Origin: Chloroflexota bacterium
GTDB lineage: Bacteria > Chloroflexota > Limnocylindria > P2-11E
Assembly (NCBI GenBank): GCA_005887995.1
Contig: VBJD01000025.1
Span: 18,386-82,385, forward strand
Reading direction: 5' to 3'
DNA: 64,000 bases
Every line of letters begins with the position of its first letter. The first letter of the stretch is position 1. Under the pieces are notes generated by a model, which had not been told where the DNA came from, did not search any database, and saw nothing but the letters and a program-made list of their open reading frames with translations. Made by a program: the position numbers and the translations under genes. Shown piece by piece: positions 1 through 9,113 of the stretch.

Positions 1-943
1 GCAAGACGCTCGCGGGCACGAGGGGGCGCAACGCCGCGATCGCATCGCGGATCGACTTCGGCTTGCGCGTCGCGACGAGCCACACCGCGAGGAACGGCAA
101 GAAGAACAGCGCGTGCAGCTTCGCGGCAGCCGCGGCCGCGATCGCGAGCGATCCGAGCGATCGGTGTTCGCGTTGCAGCAGAGCGATCCCCGCGAACAGG
201 AACGCGAGCACGAAGAAGTCATTCCGTCCTTCGACGACGAATGGGAAGAGCTGCGGGTTGAGTGCGACCAGCGCGACGAGCGCGAGCCTGTGCTCGGGCC
301 GCTTCACGAGCAGCGGCAGGATCGCGAGCGTCGCGATGAACGCGGGGAGGTAGAGGTAGCGCTCATCCCAGGTGATGCTGAAGTGGTCGAAGACCCACAC
401 GAACGGCACGGTGATAAGGAAGAGCGATGGGAAGTACGTGAGGTGGTAGAGCGCCGGGTTGTTCACCATGGGCCAGTTCACCAGTGGCGTGTCGAGGTAG
501 TCCGCGACGTAGGGGTTCTGTCCGCTGAGGAGCTTGCGCGCGGCCCACTCGACCATGAGCGCGCCGTCGTGGATGTACGTGTACGCGCGTCCGGTCTCTC
601 GGAGCACGATCGATGCGATCGTCGGCGCGACGACGAATGAGGCGACGATCGCCCCGAGATGCAGCGCGCGTTGCCGCGTCGTGAACGCGGAGCCCGACCG
701 TAGGTCGCGCAGCGCGTAGAGCACCGCACCCACGCCGCAGGCGATCAGGAAGACCGCGTCCCAACCCGGTGGGAACAGCCGCCAGAGCGGCAGGTCGCGC
801 GTGTCTGCGACCGTCGTGTGGTTCGCGAAGAGCAGCAGCCAGTTGAACACGCCGACCGCGAACACGAGGCGCGCGTCCAGCGAAAGTCCTCGCCACGATC
901 CGAGCGCCGCACGGGCGGCACGCTCGATCCCCCTTGCGATCAT
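1..943 (-). CDS. Integral membrane protein, N-terminal ~314 aa inside the window (ATG at 943..941, runs past position 1). Multiple hydrophobic helices; possibly a GT-C/DUF2029-like membrane glycosyltransferase.
   Basis: Hand translation of the third minus frame, which is absent from the ORF track because it is open at the window edge: MIARGIERAARAALGSW...LYHLTYFPSLFLITVPFVWVF...LHALFFLPFLAVWLVATRKPKS. Its ATG overlaps the truB stop as ATGA. Confidence 0.55.
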   Translation of the reverse strand, partial: MIARGIERAARAALGSWRGLSLDARLVFAVGVFNWLLLFANHTTVADTRDLPLWRLFPPGWDAVFLIACGVGAVLYALRDLRSGSAFTTRQRALHLGAIVASFVVAPTIASIVLRETGRAYTYIHDGALMVEWAARKLLSGQNPYVADYLDTPLVNWPMVNNPALYHLTYFPSLFLITVPFVWVFDHFSITWDERYLYLPAFIATLAILPLLVKRPEHRLALVALVALNPQLFPFVVEGRNDFFVLAFLFAGIALLQREHRSLGSLAIAAAAAAKLHALFFLPFLAVWLVATRKPKSIRDAIAALRPLVPASVL

Positions 944-1719
944 GAGACCGCCTCTCCACTGACGAGCATATCGGCGGGTTCGCGCATGTAGCGGTCGTTC
1001 AACACGAGGAGCTCGTCGCTCGGCTCGCGCAGTCGCGCGAGCGCGGTATCGCGGCCTTCGCGACGCAGCGTCTCGATGGGGACCGCGTCTCGCGCCTCCA
1101 TCGCGCCGACCGCCAGACGCCGCAGCGACGCGAGATGCGCCGCCGACGACGAAGCTCGCCCGATGTCCCGCGCGAGGGAGCGGACATAGGTACCCGACGA
1201 GCACACGACGAGCAGCCGCATCTCCGACTGCGGTGACCAGTCGGTCATGTCGAGCCGAGAGACCTGCACCTTGCGCGCCGCGAGATCGAGTTGCTCGCCT
1301 GCGCGTGCCCTCGCGTAGGCTGGACGACCGCCGACTTTCACCGCCGCATATGCGGGCGGTCGTTGCTCGATGACACCGCGAAATGACGCGAGCGCATGCT
1401 CGACCGCATCGCGACTCGGCGGGGGCGCCACGCGGGTCATCTTGCCTTCGCGGTCGTCCGTCTCCGTCTCATGTCCGAAACGGACCACGGCGACGTACAC
1501 CTTCATCGCGGTGTGAAGACGATCCGTGAACTTCGTCGCTGTGCCGACGAGAACGGGAAGGACCCCGGTGGCCATCGGATCGAGCGTGCCGCCGTGACCG
1601 GTGCGGCGCACGCCGACGACCGCCCGCGCGACGGCAACGACGTCGAACGACGTCCACCCCGCGGGCTTGTCGACACTGAGAACGCCCGATACCGGGCGTT
1701 CTTGTGTCTCCCCGCTCAA
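940..1719 (-). CDS. truB: tRNA pseudouridine(55) synthase TruB
   Basis: 259-aa ORF; GVLSVDKPAGWTSFDVV and HGGTLDPMATGVLPV motifs; sits in the conserved rbfA-truB context. Confidence 0.9.
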   Translation of the reverse strand: MSGETQERPVSGVLSVDKPAGWTSFDVVAVARAVVGVRRTGHGGTLDPMATGVLPVLVGTATKFTDRLHTAMKVYVAVVRFGHETETDDREGKMTRVAPPPSRDAVEHALASFRGVIEQRPPAYAAVKVGGRPAYARARAGEQLDLAARKVQVSRLDMTDWSPQSEMRLLVVCSSGTYVRSLARDIGRASSSAAHLASLRRLAVGAMEARDAVPIETLRREGRDTALARLREPSDELLVLNDRYMREPADMLVSGEAVS

Positions 1720-1806
1720 AGCCTCGTTGTCACTCGCGAGGTGGACTCGCTCGTCGCGAATGAATCGCTCCTCGCTCGACCCGGTCTCGGACGCTCCTCG
1801 CTCGAC

Positions 1807-2799
1807 TCAGCTCCGGACTGCGGCGCCCGCCAACGATTCTCGGGCCGCGTTGAGGATCTCGTCGCGAACGCGTCCGAGCGGGCCCTTCACGAGAGCGCCG
1901 GCGGCTCGCACGTGCCCGCCTCCGCCCCAGCGCGACATGAGCGCCTGCGCATCGACTGCCGGCGCCCACTGCGAAGTACGGCATGAGACCTTCACGACGC
2001 CGTCCTGCTCGTTGAAGAGGAGCGCCACGCGCATGCCACTCGAACGTGCGAGCTGCTCGACGAGTCCGCTCACGTCCTCATCGCGCGCGTCGGACTCGCG
2101 GAAGTCAGCGGTACCGATCTCCGTCCACACGAGGCGTCCGTCCATCTCGCGCCGCATGCGCGCGAACGCGAGCCCCCAGAGCTTCAGCGATTCGAACCGC
2201 TTGTTGCGATAGATGTTGTAGGTGATCGCCTGGAGATCTGCCCCTGCCTCACGCAGCATCCCCGCGCGGTCGAGCGCGCGGCGGTCCGTCGACGGGAACT
2301 GGAACGACCCCGTATCCGTCATGATCCCGACGAGCGCAGCGGTCGCCATCTCGGACGTCCAGCGCGCGCCGAGCGCATCGATGACCCGTGAGACGAGCTC
2401 GGCCGACGCGGCCGAAGAAACGTCGACGCAGTTCGTCGCCGCGAAGTGATCGTTCGAGGCGTGGTGATCGATGTTCAGCGTGCGCGGTCCGCTCGGCAGC
2501 GTGAACTTCGCGCGGTCGATCGAGCCGAAGTCGACGGTCACGACGAGGTCCACGTCCCGCGCGGGCGGCTCCGTCGTGAAGCGCTCGGTGCCGGCGAGGA
2601 AACGATAGTTCTCGGGCACGGGATCCGCGCAGTGCAGCGTCACGCGCTTCCCCATCCCCTCGAGCGCCAGTCCAAGCGCGATCGCGGATCCGATGGTGTC
2701 GGGGTCGGGATCGCGATGTGAGACGATCGCGACGGACTTCGCCCGCCGTAGCTCCGCGACCGCCGACGCGAGCTGCGTCTCCAGTGGCGCGACCGTCAC
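1807..2799 (-). CDS. nrnA: DHH-family phosphoesterase (NrnA-like bifunctional oligoribonuclease / pAp phosphatase)
   Basis: 330-aa ORF; DHH motifs (VSHRDPDPDTIGS, NIDHH) and a GGGH DHHA1 tail; lies between rbfA and truB as in many Gram-positives. Confidence 0.8.
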   Translation of the reverse strand: MTVAPLETQLASAVAELRRAKSVAIVSHRDPDPDTIGSAIALGLALEGMGKRVTLHCADPVPENYRFLAGTERFTTEPPARDVDLVVTVDFGSIDRAKFTLPSGPRTLNIDHHASNDHFAATNCVDVSSAASAELVSRVIDALGARWTSEMATAALVGIMTDTGSFQFPSTDRRALDRAGMLREAGADLQAITYNIYRNKRFESLKLWGLAFARMRREMDGRLVWTEIGTADFRESDARDEDVSGLVEQLARSSGMRVALLFNEQDGVVKVSCRTSQWAPAVDAQALMSRWGGGGHVRAAGALVKGPLGRVRDEILNAARESLAGAAVRS

Positions 2800-3152
2800 G
2801 ACTTCTCTTCTCGCTCGCGCGCCTGGCGCAGCAGCGTCGAGATGCGCGCTGAACGCTCCGCGGAGCGGTCCGAGACGAAGGTCAGCTCGGGGACGTAGCG
2901 CAGCTCGGTGCGCGTCCCGAGTTCGTGACGGAGGTACGGCGTCGCCTCCTCGAGCGCCTTCATCGTGCTCGCGATCTGCTCGTCGTCGCCGAGCACGCTC
3001 ACGTGCACGCGGGCGCTACGCAGGTCGTCGGTGATCTTCACCTCGGTGACCGTCGAGAACGCGATCCGCGGATCGGCCAGCTCCTCGCTGATGATCGTGC
3101 CGAGCTCGCGCTGCAGGAGCGCGTTCACGCGATCGGCCCGCTTGAAGGTCAT
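2796..3152 (-). CDS. rbfA: Ribosome-binding factor A
   Basis: Internal ATG at 3152 gives [25 protein letters not shown], a typical RbfA N-terminus; ATGA overlap with the infB stop. The upstream R-rich part of ORF 2796..3305 is judged non-coding. Confidence 0.88.
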   Translation of the reverse strand: MTFKRADRVNALLQRELGTIISEELADPRIAFSTVTEVKITDDLRSARVHVSVLGDDEQIASTMKALEEATPYLRHELGTRTELRYVPELTFVSDRSAERSARISTLLRQAREREEKS

Positions 3153-5056
3153 GCTCGCGGCTTGGGCTCGACGACGAAGGCCTCGATGACGTCGCCGACC
3201 TGGACGTCGTTGGTGCCGTCGAGGACGATGCCGCACTCGAGACCGGCGTTGACCTCGCGCACGTCGTCCTTCACGCGGCGCAGCGAGCCGATGCTTCCCT
3301 CCCACACCGGCGCCGTCGCACGGATGAGCCGAGCCTTCACGCTGCGGCGGATGACGCCGTCGAGGACCATGCAGCCCGCGATCGTCGTCTTGCCGGCGGT
3401 GAAGAGCTGGCGCACCTCGGCGTGGCCGAGGATGCTCTCGACCATCTCCGGTTCGAGCATTCCGGTGAGCGCCTTCTGCACGTCGTCGAGCAGCTCGTAG
3501 ATGACCTTGTACTGACGGACGTCGACGTTCGTCGATTCCGCGGCGCGCCGCGCGGGCGCTTCCATCTTCGTGTTGAAGCCGATGACCACCGCGCCCGACG
3601 CCGCGGCCAGCGTGAGGTCGGACTCGGTGATGTCGCCGACGCCGTCGTGGATGACCTGCAGCCCGACCTCGTCCTGCGGCACCTTCGCGAGCGCGCCCTT
3701 GATCGCCTCGAGCGAACCCTGCACGTCGGCTTTGAGGACGAGCTTCAGCTCCTTGGCCTTGCCCTCCTTCACCTGCGCGAACATCTCATCGAGCGTCGCG
3801 GGCTTCTCGGCGCCGACGCCGCCAGCGCGTTCGAGCTGGTGCTGCGCGACAACGGCCTTCGCGGTCTTCTCGTCCGGCACGGCGCGGAAGATGTCTCCGG
3901 CCTCGGGCACGTTCGGGAGACCGAGGATCTCGACGGGGCGGCTCGGCTCCGCGCGGCCGATCGTCTTCCCCTTGTCGTCGGTCATGGCGCGGACGCGTCC
4001 GTACGTCGTACCCGCGACGACGAGGTCGCCGCGCTCGAGCGTCCCAGCCTGCACCAGCACTGTCGCGACCGCGCCGCGACGCGCATCCATGTGCGCTTCG
4101 ACGACGCGACCGGCGGCGGAACGGTCGGGGTTCGCCTTCAGCTCCGCGACGTCGGCGACGAGCATGATGACCTCGAGAAGGTCGGGTATGCCCTGCTTCG
4201 TGCGAGCCGACACGGGAACGAGCGGGGTCTCCCCGCCGTACTCCTCGATCGTGACGCCGCGTTCCGCGAGCTGCGCCTTCACCTGGTCGGGGTTCGCGTC
4301 GGCCTTGTCGATCTTGTTGAGCGCGACCACCATCGGCACCGCGGCGGCCTTCACGTGCGAGATCGCCTCGACCGTCTGCGGCTGCACGCCATCGTCCGCG
4401 GCGACGACGAGCACCGCGACGTCGGTGAGCATCGCGCCACGTGCGCGCATCGCGGTGAAGGCCTCGTGACCGGGTGTGTCGAGGAACGTGACCTTCCGTC
4501 CATCGTGCTCGATCTGATACGCGCCGATGTGCTGCGTGATGCCACCGGCCTCGCGCGCCGTGACGTTCGTCGAGCGGATCGCGTCGAGGAGGCTCGTCTT
4601 CCCGTGGTCGACGTGGCCGAGGATCGTCACGACCGGTGGGCGCGTCTTGAGCTTCGTCTTGTCGTCCTCGGTCCAGAGGTCGAGCTTCACCGGCGCGATC
4701 TCGGCCTCCGGCTCGGCCGGCGCGGGCGTCTCTTCCTCGGCCTGGGTCTCGATCCCGAGTTCCGTCGCGACCAGCACCGCGGTCTCGAAGTCGATGCTCT
4801 GGTTGATCGTCTTCATCTCGCCCATTCCGACGAGCGCACGCATCACGTCGACGACCGGGACCTCGAGGAACTTCGCCAGGTCGCCGACGAGCATGCTCTT
4901 TGGCAGCGTCACGGGCGCGTGGCCGTTCGACGCGGCCTGTGCCGGCGCGGGGACGGGCTCGGGCGCCGGCGCCTGCTGCTGCTGACGCTGCGGCCGGCGT
5001 CCCTTCGGACGCGGCCCGCGGTGCGGCGGCAGTCGCCTCGGTCTCGCTTTCGGCAT
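3149..5056 (-). CDS. infB: Translation initiation factor IF-2 (short form, 635 aa)
   Basis: G-domain motifs [25 protein letters not shown]; conserved nusA-ylxR-infB-rbfA order. Confidence 0.95.
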   Translation of the reverse strand: MPKARPRRLPPHRGPRPKGRRPQRQQQQAPAPEPVPAPAQAASNGHAPVTLPKSMLVGDLAKFLEVPVVDVMRALVGMGEMKTINQSIDFETAVLVATELGIETQAEEETPAPAEPEAEIAPVKLDLWTEDDKTKLKTRPPVVTILGHVDHGKTSLLDAIRSTNVTAREAGGITQHIGAYQIEHDGRKVTFLDTPGHEAFTAMRARGAMLTDVAVLVVAADDGVQPQTVEAISHVKAAAVPMVVALNKIDKADANPDQVKAQLAERGVTIEEYGGETPLVPVSARTKQGIPDLLEVIMLVADVAELKANPDRSAAGRVVEAHMDARRGAVATVLVQAGTLERGDLVVAGTTYGRVRAMTDDKGKTIGRAEPSRPVEILGLPNVPEAGDIFRAVPDEKTAKAVVAQHQLERAGGVGAEKPATLDEMFAQVKEGKAKELKLVLKADVQGSLEAIKGALAKVPQDEVGLQVIHDGVGDITESDLTLAAASGAVVIGFNTKMEAPARRAAESTNVDVRQYKVIYELLDDVQKALTGMLEPEMVESILGHAEVRQLFTAGKTTIAGCMVLDGVIRRSVKARLIRATAPVWEGSIGSLRRVKDDVREVNAGLECGIVLDGTNDVQVGDVIEAFVVEPKPRA

Positions 5057-5376
5057 TAGTGCGTCTCTCCCACTTTTGCTCTTGCTTCGGCTGCTTCTGT
5101 CATCTCTTTACGCAATCGGTCGGCGGTGGCGTCGTCGATCGTCACCTCGAGCGCCCGCGCGATGGCGCCTTCGCGGAGCCCGCGTTCGACGCACGCCGGG
5201 TCAGGGTCACAGTACGCGCCCCGCCCCGCGGCCTTCCCGCGCACGTCCACCGAGAGCTCTCCGCTCGGCGAACGCACGATCCGCACGAGGTCGCGCTTCG
5301 CGCGGACCGTCCGGCACGCGACGCAGGTCCGCTGCGGCGTCGGACGGACGGTGCTCTTGGCACCGGCCGCTGTCAC
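5056..5376 (-). CDS. ylxR: YlxR/DUF448-family RNA-binding protein (start uncertain: GTG 5376 or ATG 5430)
   Basis: C-terminal part of ORF 5056..5763 reads RTCVACRTVRAKRDLVRIVR...GRGAYCD, the YlxR signature. The upstream part overlaps nusA out of frame. TAATG overlap with infB start. Confidence 0.7.
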   Translation of the reverse strand: MTAAGAKSTVRPTPQRTCVACRTVRAKRDLVRIVRSPSGELSVDVRGKAAGRGAYCDPDPACVERGLREGAIARALEVTIDDATADRLRKEMTEAAEARAKVGETH

Positions 5377-5377
5377 C

Positions 5378-6598
5378 TTAGCGGCGCTCGCGCTTCTTCT
5401 TTCCTCCGAGTAGCGCGCGGTCCTCCTCATCAAGCTCCTGTTCGTCCGCGAGGGCCGACTCGGCTTCGACCTCGGCGACGAGGTCGTGACGGATCTCCGC
5501 GTCTTCGGCCTCGGGCGCGGGCGCCGGCTCGGCGGCGACCGCCTCGACCTCCGGCTCCGGCTCGGGCTCGAGCTCGGCGCGGACCTCCGACTCGCTGCGG
5601 ATGTCGATGCGCCAGCCAGTGAGCTTCGCGGCAAGACGGGCGTTCTGCCCTTCCTTGCCGATCGCGAGTGAGAGTTGGCGATCCGGAACGACCACGTACG
5701 CGGTCTTGTCGTCCGCGACGATGTCGACGCGCACGACGTGCGCCGGCTCGAGCGCGTTCGCAACGTACTGCTCGGGCTTCTCGGACCACTCGATGATGTC
5801 GATCTTCTCGCCGCCGAGCTCGTTCACGATCGCCTGCACGCGCAGGCCCCGCTGGCCGATGCACGCGCCGCGCGCGTCGATGCCGGGCTGGCGAGCGCGG
5901 ACCGCGACCTTCGTGCGCGACCCCGACTCGCGCGCGATCCCGACGATCTCGACCTGGCCGTTGAAGATCTCCGGCACCTCGTACTCGAAGAGCCGCTTCA
6001 CGAGCGCCTTGTGGGCGCGGCTGACGATGATCTGCGGGCCGCGGAGCGTGCGGCGCACCTCGAGCACGACCACCTTGCGGTGCTGGCCGATGAAGTAGCG
6101 CTCGTGAGGCGCCTGCTCGCTGCGCGGCAGGATGGCCTCGGCCTTGCCGAGCTCCATGATCGCGGAGCCGGCGTCGAAGCGGCTGATCTGCCCGTTGATG
6201 ATGTCGCCCTCGCGGTTCGCGTACTCCGCGAAGACCTGCTCGCGCTCGGCCTCACGCAGCGACTGCTGGATGACCTGCTTTGCGGTCTGCGCGCCGATGC
6301 GGCCGAGGGCCGCGGCCGACTCCTCGAGCGGCACGATGTCGCCGAGCTGCGCATCGGGCTTGATGCGCTGCGCGGCCTTCAGCTCGATCTGGAGCTTGGG
6401 GTCCTCGACCTTCTCGACCACGGTCTTGAGGAGGTAGACCTTGAACGCGCCGGTGGTGATGTCGACCTTGACGTCGATGTTCTCTTCAGCGCCGTACGCG
6501 CGCTTGAGCGCGCGCGCGATGATGTCGCCGACGACTTCCTTGGGAAGACCCTTCTCAGCGGAGAGCTGTGCGAGACCGGTGACGAGCTCTCGGTTCAT
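5378..6598 (-). CDS. nusA: Transcription termination/antitermination factor NusA
   Basis: 406-aa ORF; S1 plus KH domains ([42 protein letters not shown]); acidic C-terminal tail. Confidence 0.95.
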   Translation of the reverse strand: MNRELVTGLAQLSAEKGLPKEVVGDIIARALKRAYGAEENIDVKVDITTGAFKVYLLKTVVEKVEDPKLQIELKAAQRIKPDAQLGDIVPLEESAAALGRIGAQTAKQVIQQSLREAEREQVFAEYANREGDIINGQISRFDAGSAIMELGKAEAILPRSEQAPHERYFIGQHRKVVVLEVRRTLRGPQIIVSRAHKALVKRLFEYEVPEIFNGQVEIVGIARESGSRTKVAVRARQPGIDARGACIGQRGLRVQAIVNELGGEKIDIIEWSEKPEQYVANALEPAHVVRVDIVADDKTAYVVVPDRQLSLAIGKEGQNARLAAKLTGWRIDIRSESEVRAELEPEPEPEVEAVAAEPAPAPEAEDAEIRHDLVAEVEAESALADEQELDEEDRALLGGKKKRERR

Positions 6599-6649
6599 GC
6601 CAGCGCTCCCCCATCTTCAATTCCGCCGACGGGGCGCCGCCGCGCGGGC

Positions 6650-6682
6650 GATAAAAAAAGTGGGGTCGACCCACTTTTCAGG
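6650..6682. terminator. Bidirectional intrinsic terminator: hairpin AAGTGGGGTCGACCCACTT flanked by A8 on one side and T4 on the other
   Basis: Perfect GC-rich inverted repeat. It reads as stem plus T-tract on the minus strand (TTTTTTTATC) and stem plus TTTTC on the plus strand. Located between the flp pilin gene and nusA. Confidence 0.6.
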
Positions 6683-6743
6683 TTGCCCGCGGACGACGGA
6701 AAACCCGCCGACCTAGGAGAACTATAGCAAATCGTGTCGAATC

Positions 6744-6778
6744 GCGAAAAAGGAGAACGGCCGCCGGGCCTTGCTCCT
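6744..6778 (-). terminator. Imperfect hairpin (GGAG..GGCC/GGCC..CTCC) followed by TTTTTCGC on the minus strand, immediately after the flp pilin stop
   Basis: Seen by eye: AGGAGAACGGCCGCCGGGCCTTGCTCCT with a downstream U-run on the minus strand. Confidence 0.35.
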
Positions 6779-6779
6779 C

Positions 6780-6929
6780 CTACGTCAGATTGTTCCCAAT
6801 ACTCGAGAAGTAGTTCGAGAGCTGGTCCTTGAAAAAGACCATGGCGACGATGATCGCGATGGCGATGACAGCGATGATGAGTGCGTATTCGACCATTCCC
6901 TGTCCTCGCTCGTCGAGCCAAAAACCCAT
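6780..6929 (-). CDS. flp: Flp/Fap-family type IVb (Tad) pilin precursor, 49 aa
   Basis: Hand-translated small ORF missing from the track: MGFWLDERGQGMVEYALIIAVIAIAIIVAMVFFKDQLSNYFSSIGNNLT. It has the G/EY(A/T)LI class III signal-peptidase motif and a hydrophobic helix. An AAGGAG Shine-Dalgarno sits 6 nt upstream of the ATG. Confidence 0.8.
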   Translation of the reverse strand: MGFWLDERGQGMVEYALIIAVIAIAIIVAMVFFKDQLSNYFSSIGNNLT

Positions 6930-7011
6930 TCGTACTCCTTAGCGCGGCCCGGCGGCCGGCCTGAAAGGGTGGCATACGTTAGGCCTGGTTGTCAGCCCAA
7001 CAGAGGTCCTG

Positions 7012-7590
7012 TCACCGGCCTGCGACCGCGGTCCGACCAGCGGCGCGCAGTGCGGAGGTCACGCGCTCCTCAGTACTAGCGGCACCCACCGGTGGTACTC
7101 CGCGCAGCGCCGCGAGCGCTTCTGACGCGCTGTAACCGAGCGCCTGGAGCGCAGCCGCTGCTTCATCGTCGACGACGATGCCCATCGGTTCGCGCTCCGA
7201 TCCGCCGCGCGACACCTTGCTCTTCAGATCGACGATGAGCCGCTCCGCCGTCTTCTTCCCCACTCCCGGCGCGCGCGACAGCGCTGCGACGTCACCTGAC
7301 GCGATCGCGGCCGCGACCTGCGCGGGACGCGCGACGCTGAGGATCGACATCGCCGCCTTCGGACCGACGCCCGAGACGCCGATGAGCATCTCGAAGAGCG
7401 CGAGCTCCTCGCGCGTCTCGAATCCGTAGAGCTGCTGCGCGTCCTCGCGCACGACGTGGTGGGTGTGGAGCTGCACGATGTCGCCCGCCGGATGGCGCGG
7501 CACGAACACCTTGTACCCGACGCCGCGCACGTCGACGACGACGTGATCGTTCGCTCGCGCGATCACTTCGCCGCTGACGCGCGCGATCAC
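7012..7590 (-). CDS. ruvA: Holliday junction DNA helicase subunit RuvA
   Basis: GTG at 7590 gives MIARVSGEVIARANDHVVVDVRGVGYKVFVP, a canonical RuvA N-terminus; HhH motifs (LIGVSGVGPKAAMSIL, APGVGKKTAERL). The track ORF starts 14 codons earlier at an upstream GTG. Confidence 0.9.
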   Translation of the reverse strand: MIARVSGEVIARANDHVVVDVRGVGYKVFVPRHPAGDIVQLHTHHVVREDAQQLYGFETREELALFEMLIGVSGVGPKAAMSILSVARPAQVAAAIASGDVAALSRAPGVGKKTAERLIVDLKSKVSRGGSEREPMGIVVDDEAAAALQALGYSASEALAALRGVPPVGAASTEERVTSALRAAGRTAVAGR

Positions 7591-7756
7591 GAAATGCCCA
7601 CGACTTCGCGATCCACTCGCTTCTCGGGGCACTCCGCTCCTCGCTGCTGGCTACGGCGGCCCCGGCATCCTTCGTTGACCGAGCTGAGCACGGGCCGCCT
7701 GGGCGCAGACGCTCGTCGCGGAGTGCCCACTCGCGCTCGCGGGTCGCGGCGCCTGA

Positions 7757-8350
7757 TCACTTCGCGAGCGCGACGCGCGCGGCGAACCGGGCGCGGTTCG
7801 CGTACGTCACGGCGACGGCGATGGCGTCGGCGACGTTGTCTTCGGCGATCGGCGCATCGAGTCGCAAAACGTGGACGAGCATCTGCTGCACGGTCTTCTT
7901 GTCCGCGCTGCCATTCCCCGTCACGCCTTGTTTCACTTCTTGCGGCGTGTACTCGGCGATCTCGAGCCGCGCGCGTGCGCCGCAGAGGAGCGCGACGCCT
8001 CGCGCTTCGGACACGAGCATCGCCGTGCGGACGTTCTTGTTGAAATAGAGGCGCTCGAGCGCGAGCGCGGTCGGCGCGTGCTCGGCGATGAGGTGGTCGA
8101 GCGCAGTCGCGATCGCGAGCAGCCGCTCCGCCGTCGAGAGCGATCGCTCGACGTCCACGACGCCGCAGTCGAGAAGCCGTGGTGGGTCGCGGTCGAGCGC
8201 GAGAAGTGCGAACCCCATCCCGGTCGTCCCCGGGTCGATGCCCAGGACCGTGCCGGCGCTACCAGGAAGCCCGCCTTGGCGGGCTTCCGAGTACAGGCCG
8301 GGCAAGGCCCGGGTCTTAGGCGTTCTGAAGCACCTCGATGGGGATGTCAA
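7757..8350 (-). CDS. ruvC: Crossover junction endodeoxyribonuclease RuvC (start uncertain: TTG 8350 gives a 33-aa extension overlapping yebC; the conserved core begins about 8257)
   Basis: VLGIDPGTTGMGFALL and the remaining RuvC motifs; ruvC-ruvA order. Confidence 0.85.
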   Translation of the reverse strand: MTSPSRCFRTPKTRALPGLYSEARQGGLPGSAGTVLGIDPGTTGMGFALLALDRDPPRLLDCGVVDVERSLSTAERLLAIATALDHLIAEHAPTALALERLYFNKNVRTAMLVSEARGVALLCGARARLEIAEYTPQEVKQGVTGNGSADKKTVQQMLVHVLRLDAPIAEDNVADAIAVAVTYANRARFAARVALAK

Positions 8351-9059
8351 AGTTCGCGTGCACCTTCTGGACGTCGTCCAGGTCTTCGAGACCTTCGACC
8401 AACGCCAGCACCTGCCGCGCCTTGTCGCCCTCGACGCGGACGCTGTTCGACGGACGCATGCTGATCTCGGCGGAGGCGATCGGGATCGCCGCCGCTTCGA
8501 TCGCCTTCTTCACCCGTTCGAACGCCGTCGGGGTCGTGTAGACGGTGACCAGCGAACCGTCGACTTCGACGTCCTCGGCACCCGCGTCGATCGCGACGAG
8601 CTGAATGTCGTCGGTCGAGCGGCCGCCGGCGTCGATCTCGATGACGCCCTTTTGCTCGAAGATCCACTGCACCGAGCCCGACTCGCCGAGCTTACCGCCG
8701 TGCCTTGTGAACGCCGCGCGGATCTCGGGCGCCGTGCGGTTCCGGTTATCCGTGGCCGCCTCGACCATGATCGATACGCCGCCCGGCCCGTACCCCTCGT
8801 ACAGGACGCTCTCGATCTGGACACCCTCGCCGCCGCCAGTCGCACGCTCGATGGCCCGGTCGATGTTCGCGTGTGGCATGTTCACCGCGCGCGCACGGTC
8901 GACCGCGAGACGGAGCCGGAAGTTCCCCTCGGGGTTCCCCCCACCCTCACGCGCGGCGAGCATGATCTCCCGCGTCATCTTGGTGAAAACGATGCCCCGC
9001 TTGATGTCGGCCGCGCCTTTTTGGCGCTTGATCGTGGACCACTTTGAGTGACCTGACAT
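8316..9059 (-). CDS. yebC: YebC/PmpR-family probable transcriptional regulator
   Basis: ATG at 9059 gives MSGHSKWSTIKRQKGAADIKRG (247 aa), a classic YebC N-terminus. The N-terminal half of ORF 8316..9830 is spurious. Confidence 0.9.
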   Translation of the reverse strand: MSGHSKWSTIKRQKGAADIKRGIVFTKMTREIMLAAREGGGNPEGNFRLRLAVDRARAVNMPHANIDRAIERATGGGEGVQIESVLYEGYGPGGVSIMVEAATDNRNRTAPEIRAAFTRHGGKLGESGSVQWIFEQKGVIEIDAGGRSTDDIQLVAIDAGAEDVEVDGSLVTVYTTPTAFERVKKAIEAAAIPIASAEISMRPSNSVRVEGDKARQVLALVEGLEDLDDVQKVHANFDIPIEVLQNA

Positions 9060-9113
9060 CGGCTGAATAGTATGTCCGAGAGACGCGTCACTCAGTGGAT
9101 TTAGGGGAGATAG

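Noticed and set aside
3422-5059. 545-aa plus-strand ORF antisense to infB (also 3570..4469 and others)
   Set aside because: It mirrors the infB gene, whose own frame has clear GTPase motifs. The Arg/Leu/Asp-rich low-complexity composition is typical of antisense frames in a 70% GC genome.
5675-6727. 350-aa plus-strand ORF antisense to nusA, and the 5056..5763 N-terminal extension overlapping nusA
   Set aside because: Out-of-frame or antisense overlap with a highly conserved gene; no recognisable motifs.
6595-6975. 126-aa minus-strand ORF spanning the nusA upstream region and the flp gene in another frame
   Set aside because: The Arg/His-rich composition crosses two terminator hairpins. The flp frame has a clear pilin motif and SD instead.
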